The notes under the pieces were generated by a model. It ran no database searches, was not told the DNA's origin, and worked only from the letters and a program-made list of their open reading frames with translations. The translations under genes and the position numbers were made by a program. A DNA stretch of 64,000 nucleotides from an uncultured bacterium (GTDB lineage: Bacteria > Desulfobacterota_D > UBA1144 > Nemesobacterales > UBA2774), in contig CAWGRW010000009.1 of the NCBI GenBank assembly GCA_963825135.1, positions 384,001 through 448,000 of the forward strand. Direction: 5' to 3'. Below, in pieces: positions 1 through 10,545 of the stretch (the stretch's first letter is position 1; each line of letters begins with the position of its first letter).

Positions 1-3000
1 GGTTTCCATCCATATTAAATCGGCGTAAGGGGCCACGGCGAGCGACTTCGCTATCGCGTATTCTATGCCGCCCTTTACCTGATAGTAGCCCTCGGGCGTC
101 CTCGACAGCTCGCAGTCCCAGGGCGCCTCTATGCCCATATGCTTCGCCTTGTCCCTCGCGTGCTGGTAGGAGGCGTGTTTCGCGAATTCGAACCACTCCT
201 CTATGGTCATCCCGAGGTTCCTGCCCTCTTCTATCGCGAACTCCATCTGCTCGGCGACCGCCTGGTCGTACGTCATAAGCCCGGATTCTACTTCCCAGGT
301 CTCGACGAACTTGCTGGCCGCGTTCTCGAGCGGCTTGGTGATGCTCCTCTCCTTCCCTTCCTTGAGCGCCTGTATGCTCTTGTCGATAATAGGCGTGAGG
401 CCCACCTTGTCGAACCACTCGTAGACCTCGTCGTACTCGGCGTCGGAGATATTGTAGAGCATAAAGCCGTTCACGTCCGTGATGCCCTTGTCGTAAAACC
501 TCTTAAGAATCGCGAGATAACAGTTCTTGTATCCGGGTACGGTCGTGACGGTCGCTCCCAATATGAACGGCTGGTCGCGCTCGTCTCCCCTTCCGTCGAG
601 GAGGTTTGCGGCCTCGGCGTCCGTACGGGCGACGATGATCCCCGGCACTTTCATAATGTCGAGCTGGAACCTCGCCGCGTTCAACCTCTTTATCTGCTCG
701 TCAACAGGCACGAGCGCCTTCCCTCCCTGGTGGCCGCATTTCTTCGTGCCGGGCTTCTGGTCCTCTATGTGATACCCCGTCACGCCCGCTTCGACGAACC
801 TCTTTATGAGGTTCCTGACGTGGGCGTCTCCTCCGTGCCCCGTGTCGGCGTCGGCTATTATGAACGGCCTGTAATCGACCTTGGGAGTGGCCTTCCTCTC
901 CTTCTCCGACATGCGCGACCTCATGAACTTCTGGTTCCGGTCGGCCGTGAGGAGCGCGCGGACGAGCCCTGCAGCCTCATCGGGCACCTGGCTCAGCGGA
1001 TAGCTCGCGAGGTCCGGGCCCGGGTCTTCCGAGAGAGACCCTTTCGCGGACGTAGCCCATCCGCCGAGATATATCCCTTCTATGCCTATGCGCTTCATCG
1101 TCACTATCTGGCCCGGAGAATAGGGCCCGAACGTCGTTATCTGCTCGCCCCGGGCGAAGAGCTCCCGGAGCCTGGTGTAGAATTCCTCGGAATATTTCCT
1201 TGCCACCGTGTAGTCGTTTTCGATAGTGCCCGCCTGCTGCACGACCTGGCGCGCGGAGTAAAGACGCCTTATGCCCTTGAACCTCGGCCTCGCGAACCAG
1301 TCCTTCATCTCCCTCACCTCCCTTTCGAAGGAGTCGAGCTCGTCCTCGAGCGTGGTGTCGAGCCTCGAGTCGGGGAGGAAGTCGAGGTTCTCGGTGATCC
1401 TCGTGCCGTCCTTTTTGAACGCGTCCATGTACTGCTTTATCCTGATTTTCGCCGTCGAGAGGTCGTGGTTGTTGAGGTTCATGTTGAGGAGGTCGATGTA
1501 CCAGGGCGTCTTGATGTTATCGAGCACGTACGTCTCGACGATCTCCCTCGCTATCGGCAGAGTGGTGGGCTTGGAGTCGTCGTGGACGTCCTTGTCCTTC
1601 GCCTGGAGGAGCTTGTCGTATTCCTCGGCGAGGAGCCTCTCGAAGAGGTCCGAGGTGTATATGTCCCCCGCCTTTACACCGGTCTCGCTATCGTCCTCGG
1701 TCAGTACCGCGCCCTTGTCCACCCATTCCCAGAGAATGCTCAGGCGTATCTCGCCCGTAGCCATGTCTTCCATCAAGTACAGTATGTCGTCGTTGCCGAA
1801 GAAATCGGCCGGCTTGAGCGCCGCCGCCTGAAAACCCTGTCCGAAAGCGTTCCCGTACTGAAGGGCGACCGACATCAGGTTCCTTGCCCCCCTTATAGTC
1901 CGGGGCGCCGGCTCGAGCAGAGTGAGCCCGTCCGCGTCTTCGTCGGTATAGGTGAGCGGCGGGAATTTCCTTCCCATCTGGTTTTCCTGCCCCGCTTCTT
2001 CCCATACGGGCCTGATTATATGCACCATCTTCCAGTGCGCGACCCACTTCCCGCTCGCCCCCTCCTGCTGCTCACGCTTGGCCCCTTCGACCGCTTTCTT
2101 CATGCTTTCTTTTACGCCTTTATCCGAGCCTACGGGGATGTTGGGCTCCATGCCGCCCTGCCACAGCGCGTAGTTGTGGTTGACTCCGGGCGTGTTTACT
2201 GCTCTCCTGACCCGGTCCTCGTAATTCCTCATATAGCCGTACGTCATCGTTATCGATTCTATGTTCGGGTTAATGAACGACTGGTCCCACGCCATGGCGT
2301 CGGACACGCTGTTTATGTAATCCCACCTGCCGGTGTTGAACCCCACAAAATGTCTGCCCAGGGCCGCGCGTATCTCCATCAGCTGGAACGTGGCTTCGAG
2401 CTGCTCGATGAGGACGTACACCTTGATCGTGCCTAACGGGATGCTCAGGTGGTCCTCGAGCGCCGAAAGGAGCTCGTTCCAAAAGGCGGCCTCTTCAGCC
2501 GTCTGTATTTTGGGAAGGTACAGCACCACCGACGAGCCCGACTTATCGAGCTCCTGATAGTTATTTACGACGTAAAGGACGACGTCCACGATGGATGCCG
2601 AAAGCATGAGCCCGTTCTCGTCCCTGATGTGCCTGTCGTCGAGGTGGAGCCCCCTGGCCCTGAATATCTTGGTCGTGAAGTCGAGCTGTTTTCTCCAGTC
2701 TATGATTATGTCCCGCCCCAGAAACCCCTTCGCCCATTCGTTCATCTCGCGGGAGACCTGCTCGGCGACGTTCATGAACATGGGGTCTTTCCTGATGGCA
2801 AGCTTCAGATTCCTCTGGTTGTCGAGCGACATGGTGTTGATCTGACCGAGGGCGTCCTCGCCGTCGAACATCCAGCCGTCAGCGCCCGACAGCAGCGCGT
2901 ATGCGACGTTGCGTATGCTCTTGTCTATGGACGTATTCGGCTTGGCGGCCGGGCCCGTGCCCTGTACCCACTGCCTTTGGAGGTCGTGCGGCACTTCGGA

Positions 3001-3300
3001 GCCCACGAACTTGCCGTCCCGCGCGTCCTGCACCTTTATATTGGTGCGGGGAATGAAATCCGCCGGGTTGAGGAACCTTATCCTCTCCCTGTTGCGGTTG
3101 CGCTGCGCGCGCCTCGCGTACCGCTTTTCCATCAGCATCTTCTGGTCTTTATTGAATACCGAAAGCGCCTTTAGGGCTTCGAGTACCTGCGGCGTGTATA
3201 CGTCCGCATATTCGCTCTCGAGGTTGTTCCTTATCTGCAGATTCCTCGGGGCGGATACTGCCTTGAACGGCTGTTTAGAAATATCACGAACGGTGCTCAT
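1..3300 (-). CDS. aceB-aceA: Bifunctional malate synthase (N-term) / isocitrate lyase (C-term) fusion, 3' end beyond the window edge
   Basis: Manual minus-strand translation from ATG at 3300 (SD GGAGAAGGAG). MS motifs [34 protein letters not shown]. No stop across the junction (...[25 protein letters not shown]...). ICL motifs [23 protein letters not shown] (~727-744), ARTD, LIWMET. Absent from the ORF track because it has no in-window stop. Confidence 0.95.
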   Translation of the reverse strand, partial: MSTVRDISKQPFKAVSAPRNLQIRNNLESEYADVYTPQVLEALKALSVFNKDQKMLMEKRYARRAQRNRNRERIRFLNPADFIPRTNIKVQDARDGKFVGSEVPHDLQRQWVQGTGPAAKPNTSIDKSIRNVAYALLSGADGWMFDGEDALGQINTMSLDNQRNLKLAIRKDPMFMNVAEQVSREMNEWAKGFLGRDIIIDWRKQLDFTTKIFRARGLHLDDRHIRDENGLMLSASIVDVVLYVVNNYQELDKSGSSVVLYLPKIQTAEEAAFWNELLSALEDHLSIPLGTIKVYVLIEQLEATFQLMEIRAALGRHFVGFNTGRWDYINSVSDAMAWDQSFINPNIESITMTYGYMRNYEDRVRRAVNTPGVNHNYALWQGGMEPNIPVGSDKGVKESMKKAVEGAKREQQEGASGKWVAHWKMVHIIRPVWEEAGQENQMGRKFPPLTYTDEDADGLTLLEPAPRTIRGARNLMSVALQYGNAFGQGFQAAALKPADFFGNDDILYLMEDMATGEIRLSILWEWVDKGAVLTEDDSETGVKAGDIYTSDLFERLLAEEYDKLLQAKDKDVHDDSKPTTLPIAREIVETYVLDNIKTPWYIDLLNMNLNNHDLSTAKIRIKQYMDAFKKDGTRITENLDFLPDSRLDTTLEDELDSFEREVREMKDWFARPRFKGIRRLYSARQVVQQAGTIENDYTVARKYSEEFYTRLRELFARGEQITTFGPYSPGQIVTMKRIGIEGIYLGGWATSAKGSLSEDPGPDLASYPLSQVPDEAAGLVRALLTADRNQKFMRSRMSEKERKATPKVDYRPFIIADADTGHGGDAHVRNLIKRFVEAGVTGYHIEDQKPGTKKCGHQGGKALVPVDEQIKRLNAARFQLDIMKVPGIIVARTDAEAANLLDGRGDERDQPFILGATVTTVPGYKNCYLAILKRFYDKGITDVNGFMLYNISDAEYDEVYEWFDKVGLTPIIDKSIQALKEGKERSITKPLENAASKFVETWEVESGLMTYDQAVAEQMEFAIEEGRNLGMTIEEWFEFAKHASYQHARDKAKHMGIEAPWDCELSRTPEGYYQVKGGIEYAIAKSLAVAPYADLIWMET

Positions 3301-3360
3301 GTCGCTCCTTCTCCTTGGTTGACTTTGTGCTGTGCAAAAATATTATAAAAGGGAACCATC

Positions 3361-3388
3361 ATTATAATACACCCGGTCTTCAAATCAA
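3361..3388 (-). promoter_or_regulatory. Putative sigma70 promoter of the MS-ICL gene
   Basis: Minus strand TTGATT-N16-TATAAT, about 60 nt upstream of the start codon. Confidence 0.45.
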
Positions 3389-3623
3389 ACAAAAACGAAC
3401 TATCTAGCCGTATTTATTGAATATTAATTCGTGCTCGACAATATTTACGCCCGGGTGGGAACTTTCGAATTGTTGTGCGCCGCACAATACATACCGTGTA
3501 AGTATATAATACCGAACCCTGCCCCTTAAAAACATTTTACCCGTTTTTAAGCCCTTGTGAATCGCCCGGGGATAATTTTTCGATTTCTGGGTTGATCTCG
3601 ATATTACGACCATTGCCCTATCT

Positions 3624-3793
3624 AAATCCCCCTTAATCTGGTTTCAAATACCCTGTCGCTTCGATCAAGGGATTTCTTTGCTTTTAATCATCTCCGACCA
3701 ATTCCTCCGATTTGTCGGAATTGTTCCCCTTTTCCAAAGGGGGAAAGTAATTTTTGATTCCCTCCTTAGAAATAGGAGGGTTAGGGAGGATTT
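3624..3793. repeat. REP-like CCCCCTT...AAGGGGG / CCCTCCTT...AAGGAGGG composite, interrupted by mini-element copy 1
   Basis: Collinear with the uninterrupted composite at 39367-39448 except for a ~90-bp insert. Confidence 0.85.
3635..3725 (+). mobile_element. ~90-bp REP-inserted mini-element, copy 1
   Basis: AATCTGG + 53 nt + CGACC + AATTCC-loop-GGAATT + GTT. Confidence 0.75.
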
Positions 3794-3816
3794 AATTATT
3801 CCTTTAAAAAATAGAC

Positions 3817-3879
3817 CATGGGACAGATGGGACATACGCGCGGAGTATATACCCGGATCATGTGTCCCAATGTCCCATG
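3817..3879. repeat. Palindromic TGGGACA..TGTCCCA repeat, copy 1
   Basis: catgggacagatgggaca...tatacccggat..tgtgtcccaatgtcccatg. Second copy at 11065-11122. Confidence 0.85.
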
Positions 3880-3896
3880 TGATTCGGGAGGGACGT

Positions 3897-3921
3897 CCTT
3901 AGACAGGCTCAGGACGAACGG
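3897..3921. repeat. REP-like CTTCGACAGGCTCAGGACGAACGG family
   Basis: Similar copies at 47618-47641 and, reversed, near 23897-23917. Confidence 0.65.
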
Positions 3922-4067
3922 GGCAGGCATAGGAGTATGGAGGGGACCGCGCATGAGCAGACATTGTCTGCCGGCAGTTTTATTTTAGTATTAATTTGAT
4001 CTAAAATACTTTTGTCCCGATTGACGGCAATCCTGATTCATTAATCAATAATCAAAGGAGGCTCTTC

Positions 4068-5534
4068 ATGGGTTTATCCAAGGACATGAGCACAGGCTTC
4101 CGGGCCGGACGCCCGGCCGGAAGAGGGAAACACGTGAGGAGCGGGGCGCATGCGGCGCTTGCGCCCCTCCCCTGCCGGATTCATCATTTTATCATGTCCC
4201 TATTCCTGGCCCTGTCGGTCTTTCCATACGCAGTCCAGGCGGCGGGCGGAGACGAGGAAACCGTCAAACCGGGGGGGATACTAACGCTCGAAGACGCCCT
4301 ATCGACCGCGCTTGAGGACAACCTGTCGATAGATAACGCCATACTGCAGGTAGAAAAGGCGGAGGAGGCGGTCAAGGCCGCCCGCACGAAGCTCTACCCG
4401 GAATTCAACGTAAGCGCGTTTGAATCCTACCACCTGACGGACGAGGCGTTCACGTTCAAGAAGGGGGCTTTCGGCGACTTCCCCGGCATAGGCCCTATTC
4501 CCGCCGAGACTACCAAGATCGCGACCGCGCCCAATTTTACGACGTTCCTTAACGCGACCGTGGCGCAGCCCATCACGCAGCTCTACGAAATATCCCTTTT
4601 CATAAAACAGCGCCAGGTGGAGCAGTCCCTCTTCGGCCAGGAGCTCCGGTCAAAGCAGCAGGAGGTCGCCGAGAACGTCAAAAAAGAGTACTACAACATA
4701 TTGAAACTGGAGAGCGAGCTTGCGGCGGAGAGGGAAAAAATAGTCTTCCTCAAGGAGCTCTACGAGCTCGTCAACAGGTACGTCGCCGTAGGCAGGGCTC
4801 TTGAGAGCGAAAGCCTCGACGTGAAAGCGAGACTCGGAAAGGCGGAGTACGACGAGTTCAAGCTCAAAAACGAGACGGCGACCGAGAAGGAGAAAATGAA
4901 CAAGCTCCTCGGGCGGGATGTCGAGACGGAGTTCAGCGTTACGCCCGTGTCCGGGGCGGAGCCTATTACCGTGAGTCCCAAGCGCGCCGAAGAGCTTGCG
5001 CTCGAGCAGCGCCCCGAGGTGAACGCCGCCAGGCTCAACATCAAATTCGCCGAGAACGACGTTAATCTGAAAAAGGCCAAGTACATCCCCGAGGTCGGCG
5101 TACAGCTCCAGTACACGGCCAACTTCAACATAGACCTGCTGCCCGAGAATACATCGACCGTGGCGCTGTTCGCCAAGTGGGATTTTTTCGACTGGGGGCG
5201 GAGACAGACGGAGATTGCGGAGAAAAGGAAGGCCGTCATACAGGCGAAGAACCTGCTGGAAGAGTCCGAATCCGACGTCGTTATTGACGTCAACACAAAG
5301 ATACGTAAGCTTGAGGAGTCGGCCGCGCTGATAGACGTCACGGAGCTCGAGCAGGCGGCCGCGAAAGAGCGTCTCCGCGTCACCATGGACAAGTACAAGC
5401 AGGACTCAGCGATACTCCAGGAGGTGCTGGAGGCCGAGTCGTCTCTCGAAGAAAAGGACAAGGACTATCAGGAAGCCGTGCTTGGGTACTGGACCTCCCG
5501 CGCGGAGCTCGAAAAAGCGATGGGGGAAGAGTAA
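4068..5534 (+). CDS. TolC-family outer membrane efflux factor
   Basis: AAGGAGG SD, hydrophobic signal segment, two OEP-type repeats (LTLEDALSTALEDN; ALEQRPEV), first gene of an OMF-MFP-RND operon. Confidence 0.9.
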   Translation: MGLSKDMSTGFRAGRPAGRGKHVRSGAHAALAPLPCRIHHFIMSLFLALSVFPYAVQAAGGDEETVKPGGILTLEDALSTALEDNLSIDNAILQVEKAEEAVKAARTKLYPEFNVSAFESYHLTDEAFTFKKGAFGDFPGIGPIPAETTKIATAPNFTTFLNATVAQPITQLYEISLFIKQRQVEQSLFGQELRSKQQEVAENVKKEYYNILKLESELAAEREKIVFLKELYELVNRYVAVGRALESESLDVKARLGKAEYDEFKLKNETATEKEKMNKLLGRDVETEFSVTPVSGAEPITVSPKRAEELALEQRPEVNAARLNIKFAENDVNLKKAKYIPEVGVQLQYTANFNIDLLPENTSTVALFAKWDFFDWGRRQTEIAEKRKAVIQAKNLLEESESDVVIDVNTKIRKLEESAALIDVTELEQAAAKERLRVTMDKYKQDSAILQEVLEAESSLEEKDKDYQEAVLGYWTSRAELEKAMGEE

Positions 5535-6653
5535 ATGAACATGAACCGGGCTTACATATACTTTGCTCTGATCGCGGCGGCGGCTTTATGCGCGTGCGGG
5601 GGCGGATACGAAAAGACCGTGACTCCAGTACGGGTCAAGACCGTAAAGCCCGGCGGAACGGACGGCCCCCTCAGGTACACAGCCACCGTAAACCCCTACA
5701 GCCAGGTGAACCTCGACTTCAAGGTAGACGGCTACGTCAGGGAGATACATCAGGTCACGGGCGCCGACGGGCGCGAAAGGGACATACAGGAAGGGGACGA
5801 GGTTGTGAAGGGAGAGGCGCTCGCCTCGATAGACGATACCGAATACCTGTCGAAGCTGATCGAGGCCAAGTCCCAGCTGGGAGAGGCCCAGGCGTCATAC
5901 GCAAAGGACAAGGCCGAGTACGACAGGGCGACGATCCTCTACTCCACCAAGAGCATAACGGTGAACGACTACGACCTCGCGGTGAAGAACTATCAGACCT
6001 CGACCGCACAGGTGGAGGGCGGGAAGGCCCAGGTCATAGGCGCGCAGCAGAACCTCGACTACTGCACGCTGAGGTCGCCTTCGAACGGCGTCATCCTCGA
6101 GCGCGACATAGAGGTCGGGAGCTACGTGAGGCCCGGCTCGACCGGGTTCGTGATCGCTGACGTGACGTCCGTAAAGGTGCTCTTCGCCGTACCCGACGTA
6201 ATACTCGGCGACGTGAAGCTCGGGGAGGAGATGAAGGTCGCGACAGAATCCGTAAAGGACACGTTCTTCAAAGGCAGGGTGACCGCGATTTCCCCCGAGG
6301 CCGGCTCCAGGTCGAGGGTGTTCAACATAGAAATCACCATACCCAATCCCGATAACGTCCTGAAGCCCGGCATGATAGCCTCCCTCGCTCTCGACACGGG
6401 GGGGAAGAGCGCGCCTGTAATCCTGCTCCCGCTCGGCTCGATCGTGCGCTCGTCGTCCGACGGGCGCGAATTCGCCGTGTTCGTTATCGGGGAACGGGAC
6501 GGGAAATCCCTCGCCGCGAAGAGAGACGTGCTGCTCGGAAGCGTATTCGGGAACAGCGTCGCAGTAATCGAGGGGCTCGCCCCGGGCGAGCAGGTGGTGG
6601 TGATGGGGTCGCAGTTAATCCGCGACGGCGAAGAGGTCAGAATAATCCCGTGA
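5535..6653 (+). CDS. RND efflux periplasmic adaptor (MFP), lipoprotein
   Basis: Lipobox-like LCAC, biotinyl-lipoyl-like halves (EGDEVVKGEALA; LRSPSNGVI), LKPGM, GLAPGEQVV. Confidence 0.92.
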   Translation: MNMNRAYIYFALIAAAALCACGGGYEKTVTPVRVKTVKPGGTDGPLRYTATVNPYSQVNLDFKVDGYVREIHQVTGADGRERDIQEGDEVVKGEALASIDDTEYLSKLIEAKSQLGEAQASYAKDKAEYDRATILYSTKSITVNDYDLAVKNYQTSTAQVEGGKAQVIGAQQNLDYCTLRSPSNGVILERDIEVGSYVRPGSTGFVIADVTSVKVLFAVPDVILGDVKLGEEMKVATESVKDTFFKGRVTAISPEAGSRSRVFNIEITIPNPDNVLKPGMIASLALDTGGKSAPVILLPLGSIVRSSSDGREFAVFVIGERDGKSLAAKRDVLLGSVFGNSVAVIEGLAPGEQVVVMGSQLIRDGEEVRIIP

Positions 6654-6713
6654 TTTTAGAGACGGCGCGCAGTCAGTATTCATAGAGCACCGCAAAAACA
6701 ATAACGACCGCAC

Positions 6714-9700
6714 ATGGCGCACAGAGACGACAACGACATAATCGCCAACACGCACAACACGGCCCGCTTCTTCACCGAGAAGCGGCACATATCCTGGGTG
6801 CTGCTCATAGCGGTATTCGCGTGGGGCGTCTACGGCTGGATCAATATGCCCAAGCGGAAGGACCCGGACATTCCGGTTCTCATAGCGCTCGCGACATGTC
6901 CCTGGCCGGGGGCCGACGCCGTAAAGGTCGAGCAGCTCGTAACGAAGCCCATGGAGGAGACCATAGCCCAGAACTCCTACCTCCACGAGCCGGACGCGGG
7001 AAACGAATTCGCGATAAAGTCCATGTCGCTCCCCGGGATGGCCGTAGTCCAGGTGCAGCTCTCGGAAAACCTTAAAGACACGACCCAACAGTTCAACGAC
7101 ATCAACCTCAGGCTCGAATACCTGAACAACAACCTCCCCAAAGGGGCGGGCCCCATAAAATTCAACAGCGGGTTCGGCAATACCGCCGCCATGATGCTCA
7201 CGGTGGCGAGCCCCAGGGAGAGCGGAGTCGAAATCGCCGTGCGCGCCCGGACTATCAATAAGGCCATAGAGTCCGTGCGCTCGCAATTCCCCCCGGACGA
7301 GGCGAGGAGACGCATGACGATGGTAGTCGCGCTTCCGGGCTCCGTCGACCCCGCGAGCCTGGGCACGGTATTCGAGACGCTATCCGCATCGCTCGCTGAG
7401 GACGGCATAGCGAAAGACCCGCGCGTAATCAGCGGGCCCGGATTCATCGCGCTCGACGCCCTGCCCGAAACCGGCCCCGAGGAACTCCTCGAATACGCGC
7501 GCACGTTCTCTTACGAGAAGCTCTCCCTCTCGAGCTTCCACGTGGACGCCTGGGAGCCGGTTCTGATCGGAGACACCGGGGAGACGGAAAAGAAACTCGA
7601 CGACGACGCCGGGGACAAGTACAGCTACAGCGACCTCGAGGACTACACGGAGCTCATAACCGAGGTGCTGCAGTCCGTGGACGAGGTCTCCATAATACAG
7701 CGCTCGGGCGTGCTGCCCCAGCGCGTTTACCTCGACTACTCGCAGGAGGAGCTCGCCTCGTACGGCATCCTGCCCGCAGATATAAAAAAGGCGGTCAACG
7801 CCCGGAACACCGACCTCCCCGGAGGGGAGTTCGCTATCGGCGGCTCGGACGTGCTCGTATATCCGTCGGGAGAGTTCAAGAACGTCAGCGAGATCGGGAG
7901 CGTCGTGATTTCGAAGACCCCCGCGGGCGTGCCCGTTTACCTGAGGGACCTGTTCGAGATCGTAAGGGGCTACGAGAGCCCGCCCACATTTCTCAACTAC
8001 TACTCGCACAGGGACGAAAGCGGGAAATGGCAGAGGTCGAGGGCGGTAACGCTCGCGGTCCAGATGAGGAAGGGGGACCAGATAGCGAAATTCGGCGCTG
8101 CATTGGATCAGGCCAGGGCCGAGCTTGAGCACGTCATCCCTTCGGACCTCATCATAGCCAAGACCTCCGACCAGCCCGAGCAGGTCGAGGACAACATGAG
8201 CCTCTTCCTCGAGGCCCTCTTCGAGGCGATCGTGCTCGTCGTGCTCGTCGCGTGGTTCGGGTTCCGCGAATGGCGCTCCGCCATGCTCATGGCGCTCTCC
8301 ATCCCGATCACGCTTTCGATGACGTTCGGGTTCATGTATCTGCTCGGCATAGATCTGCAGCAGGTCTCTATCGCGACGCTCATCATCGCGCTCGGGCTCC
8401 TCGTGGACGACCCGGTAGTAGCTAACGACGCCATAAAGAGCAACCTCGCGATCGGCCACCCGCCGGCCGTAGCCTCGTGGCTCGGCCCTACGAAGCTCGC
8501 CCGCGCGATAATGTTCGCGACCCTGACCAATATCGTCGCATACCTGCCCTACCTCATGCTCACCGGCACGACGGGGGAGTTCCTCTTCAGCCTCCCGGTC
8601 GTCATGGCGTGCGCCCTGGTATCGTCGAGGCTCGTCTCGATGACGTTCATACCGCTCCTCGGCTACTACCTGCTGAGAGCGGGGACGAAGCCCGAAGAAA
8701 CGATAGAGCAAAAGAGGAGCACCGGGTTTTACGGCTTCTATCACAGGGTCTGCAAAAATGCGATAGAGCACAGGAAGAAGGTGCTCGTATTCTCGCTCCT
8801 CTTCTTCGCGCTGGGGGGTATCGTCGCCTCGCGCCTCGCGTCCTCGTTCTTCCCGGAGGACGTCGAGTACCTCTCCTACGTAGACGTGTGGCTACCGAAC
8901 GAGGCCTCTCTTTCGCGGACGAACGACATCGCGTCCAGGGCCGAGGAGGTCATAAGGGAGACCGCCCGCGCATATGGGGAGAAGGAGCACGGGAAGGGCG
9001 AGGTGCTCGAATCCGTGACGACATTCGTCGGCGGAGGCGGCCCCAGGTTCTGGTACACCCTCGCCCCCCAGCAGCAGCAGACTAACTACGCCCAGATAAT
9101 CATGAAGGTGAGCGACAAGAACGACACGCCCGCGCTCACGCCCTTAATACAGAAGGCCCTTTCGGGCGGCATCCCCGGCGCTGTCTTCGAGGTAAGGCAG
9201 CTCCAGTTAAACCCGGTCGACTACCCGGTGCAGATACACATCTCCGGCAGATCAGATATTAACTCCGGATACGCGCAGGAGGCCGGGGACATACGCACGC
9301 TCAGGAGGCTCGCCGGAGAGCTCGAGGACATACTGAGGAACGTCCCCGAGACCGCGAGCGTGAGGGACGACTGGTTCGAGGACAGCTTCCGCGTGAGGCT
9401 CGACATAGACCCCGACCGCGCGAACCTGTCGGGCATTACGAACGAGGACGTCGCCGTATCGTCGGCTGCCGGGCTGAGCGGCGCCGAAGTCACCGTGTTT
9501 CAGGAGGGCGACAAGCAGATACCGGTGCTCGCGAGGCTCAGGGCCGACGAGAGGGCGGAGCTCTCGGACCTCCGGAACCTCTACGTCTACGCCTCCGACA
9601 ACGAGCAGAAGATACCGCTCCTCGAAGTGTCTTCGGTGAACTACGGGATGGAGGTTTCGAGGATAATGAGGCGCGAGCATTTCAGGACCATTTCGGTCAT

Positions 9701-10343
9701 AGCCTTCCCCGAGCCCGGAGCGTACCCGTCAACTATACTCGCCAAGGCCGGGGATAAGATAAATGCGTTCATAGAATCGCTCCCGCCCGGCTACCAGGTC
9801 GTGTGGGGAGGAGAAAAGGCGAAGCAGATACAGGGGTTCAGGAACCTCACCATAGTCCTTATGATTTCGGTCCTGGCAATATTCATCGCGCTCGTGCTTC
9901 AGTTCAATAACGCGATAAAGCCTTTCCTTGTATTCGCCGCGGTGCCCTACGGGGTGGTGGGGTCCCTCATTGCGCTTACCGTCATGAGGGAGCCCTTCGG
10001 CTTCATGGCTTTCCTCGGCATAGCGAGCCTCGTGGGCGTAATCGTGAGCCACGTCATAGTGCTCTTCGATTTCATAGAGGTGAAGCACGAGGAAGGGGAA
10101 CCGTTCGAGGACTCGCTCCTCGACGCGGGCATAGCGCGTCTGAGGCCGGTGCTGATAACCGTAGGCGCGACGATACTCGCCCTCTTCCCGCTCGCGCTCC
10201 ACGGGGGCCCGCTCTGGCAGCCCCTCTGCTACGCGCAGGTGGGAGGGCTCGCGCTCGCGACTGTGATAGAGCTCGTGCTCGTGCCGGTGTTCTACGCCGT
10301 ATTCGTTCTCGACTTGAAGATTATAAAGTGGGGGAAAGATTAA
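6714..10343 (+). CDS. RND efflux transporter permease (AcrB/AcrD/AcrF-like)
   Basis: 1209 aa, two periplasmic halves, GLLVDD in TM4, RLRPVLIT in TM11. Confidence 0.95.
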   Translation: MAHRDDNDIIANTHNTARFFTEKRHISWVLLIAVFAWGVYGWINMPKRKDPDIPVLIALATCPWPGADAVKVEQLVTKPMEETIAQNSYLHEPDAGNEFAIKSMSLPGMAVVQVQLSENLKDTTQQFNDINLRLEYLNNNLPKGAGPIKFNSGFGNTAAMMLTVASPRESGVEIAVRARTINKAIESVRSQFPPDEARRRMTMVVALPGSVDPASLGTVFETLSASLAEDGIAKDPRVISGPGFIALDALPETGPEELLEYARTFSYEKLSLSSFHVDAWEPVLIGDTGETEKKLDDDAGDKYSYSDLEDYTELITEVLQSVDEVSIIQRSGVLPQRVYLDYSQEELASYGILPADIKKAVNARNTDLPGGEFAIGGSDVLVYPSGEFKNVSEIGSVVISKTPAGVPVYLRDLFEIVRGYESPPTFLNYYSHRDESGKWQRSRAVTLAVQMRKGDQIAKFGAALDQARAELEHVIPSDLIIAKTSDQPEQVEDNMSLFLEALFEAIVLVVLVAWFGFREWRSAMLMALSIPITLSMTFGFMYLLGIDLQQVSIATLIIALGLLVDDPVVANDAIKSNLAIGHPPAVASWLGPTKLARAIMFATLTNIVAYLPYLMLTGTTGEFLFSLPVVMACALVSSRLVSMTFIPLLGYYLLRAGTKPEETIEQKRSTGFYGFYHRVCKNAIEHRKKVLVFSLLFFALGGIVASRLASSFFPEDVEYLSYVDVWLPNEASLSRTNDIASRAEEVIRETARAYGEKEHGKGEVLESVTTFVGGGGPRFWYTLAPQQQQTNYAQIIMKVSDKNDTPALTPLIQKALSGGIPGAVFEVRQLQLNPVDYPVQIHISGRSDINSGYAQEAGDIRTLRRLAGELEDILRNVPETASVRDDWFEDSFRVRLDIDPDRANLSGITNEDVAVSSAAGLSGAEVTVFQEGDKQIPVLARLRADERAELSDLRNLYVYASDNEQKIPLLEVSSVNYGMEVSRIMRREHFRTISVIAFPEPGAYPSTILAKAGDKINAFIESLPPGYQVVWGGEKAKQIQGFRNLTIVLMISVLAIFIALVLQFNNAIKPFLVFAAVPYGVVGSLIALTVMREPFGFMAFLGIASLVGVIVSHVIVLFDFIEVKHEEGEPFEDSLLDAGIARLRPVLITVGATILALFPLALHGGPLWQPLCYAQVGGLALATVIELVLVPVFYAVFVLDLKIIKWGKD

Positions 10344-10351
10344 ATCTTCAT

Positions 10352-10423
10352 CCTCCCTCCTTTATAAAAAGACGGAGTTAAAAGCATTTTCCCCCTTTAG
10401 CAAAGGGGGATTCAGGGGGATTT
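10352..10423. repeat. REP-like CCCCCTT...AAGGGGG family
   Basis: ccccctttagcaaagggggattcagggggattt. Confidence 0.8.
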
Positions 10424-10545
10424 ATCTTTTCCGAAATTTCGGTACAAATATTCCCGGTAGTGTTGTGGGATTCGGTTATCAGAGTGGGATCTTTTGGGTT
10501 ATATTATAAAGTTAATATGAACCTAAAAAACTTATAGGAGCATTA

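Noticed and set aside
139..3174. Long plus-strand ORFs (765 aa and 241 aa)
   Set aside because: They are in-register antisense shadows of the MS-ICL gene, with Val/Arg/Leu-rich composition and no motifs.
3678..3902. Short ORFs across repeat-rich spacers (also 11165-11362, 37653-37916, 47498-47758)
   Set aside because: They run through REP and mini-element DNA, with no SD and atypical codons.
7380..8771. 463-aa minus-strand ORF and many similar overlapping ORFs across the window
   Set aside because: They are antisense or alternate-frame shadows of well-supported genes, typical of GC-rich DNA.
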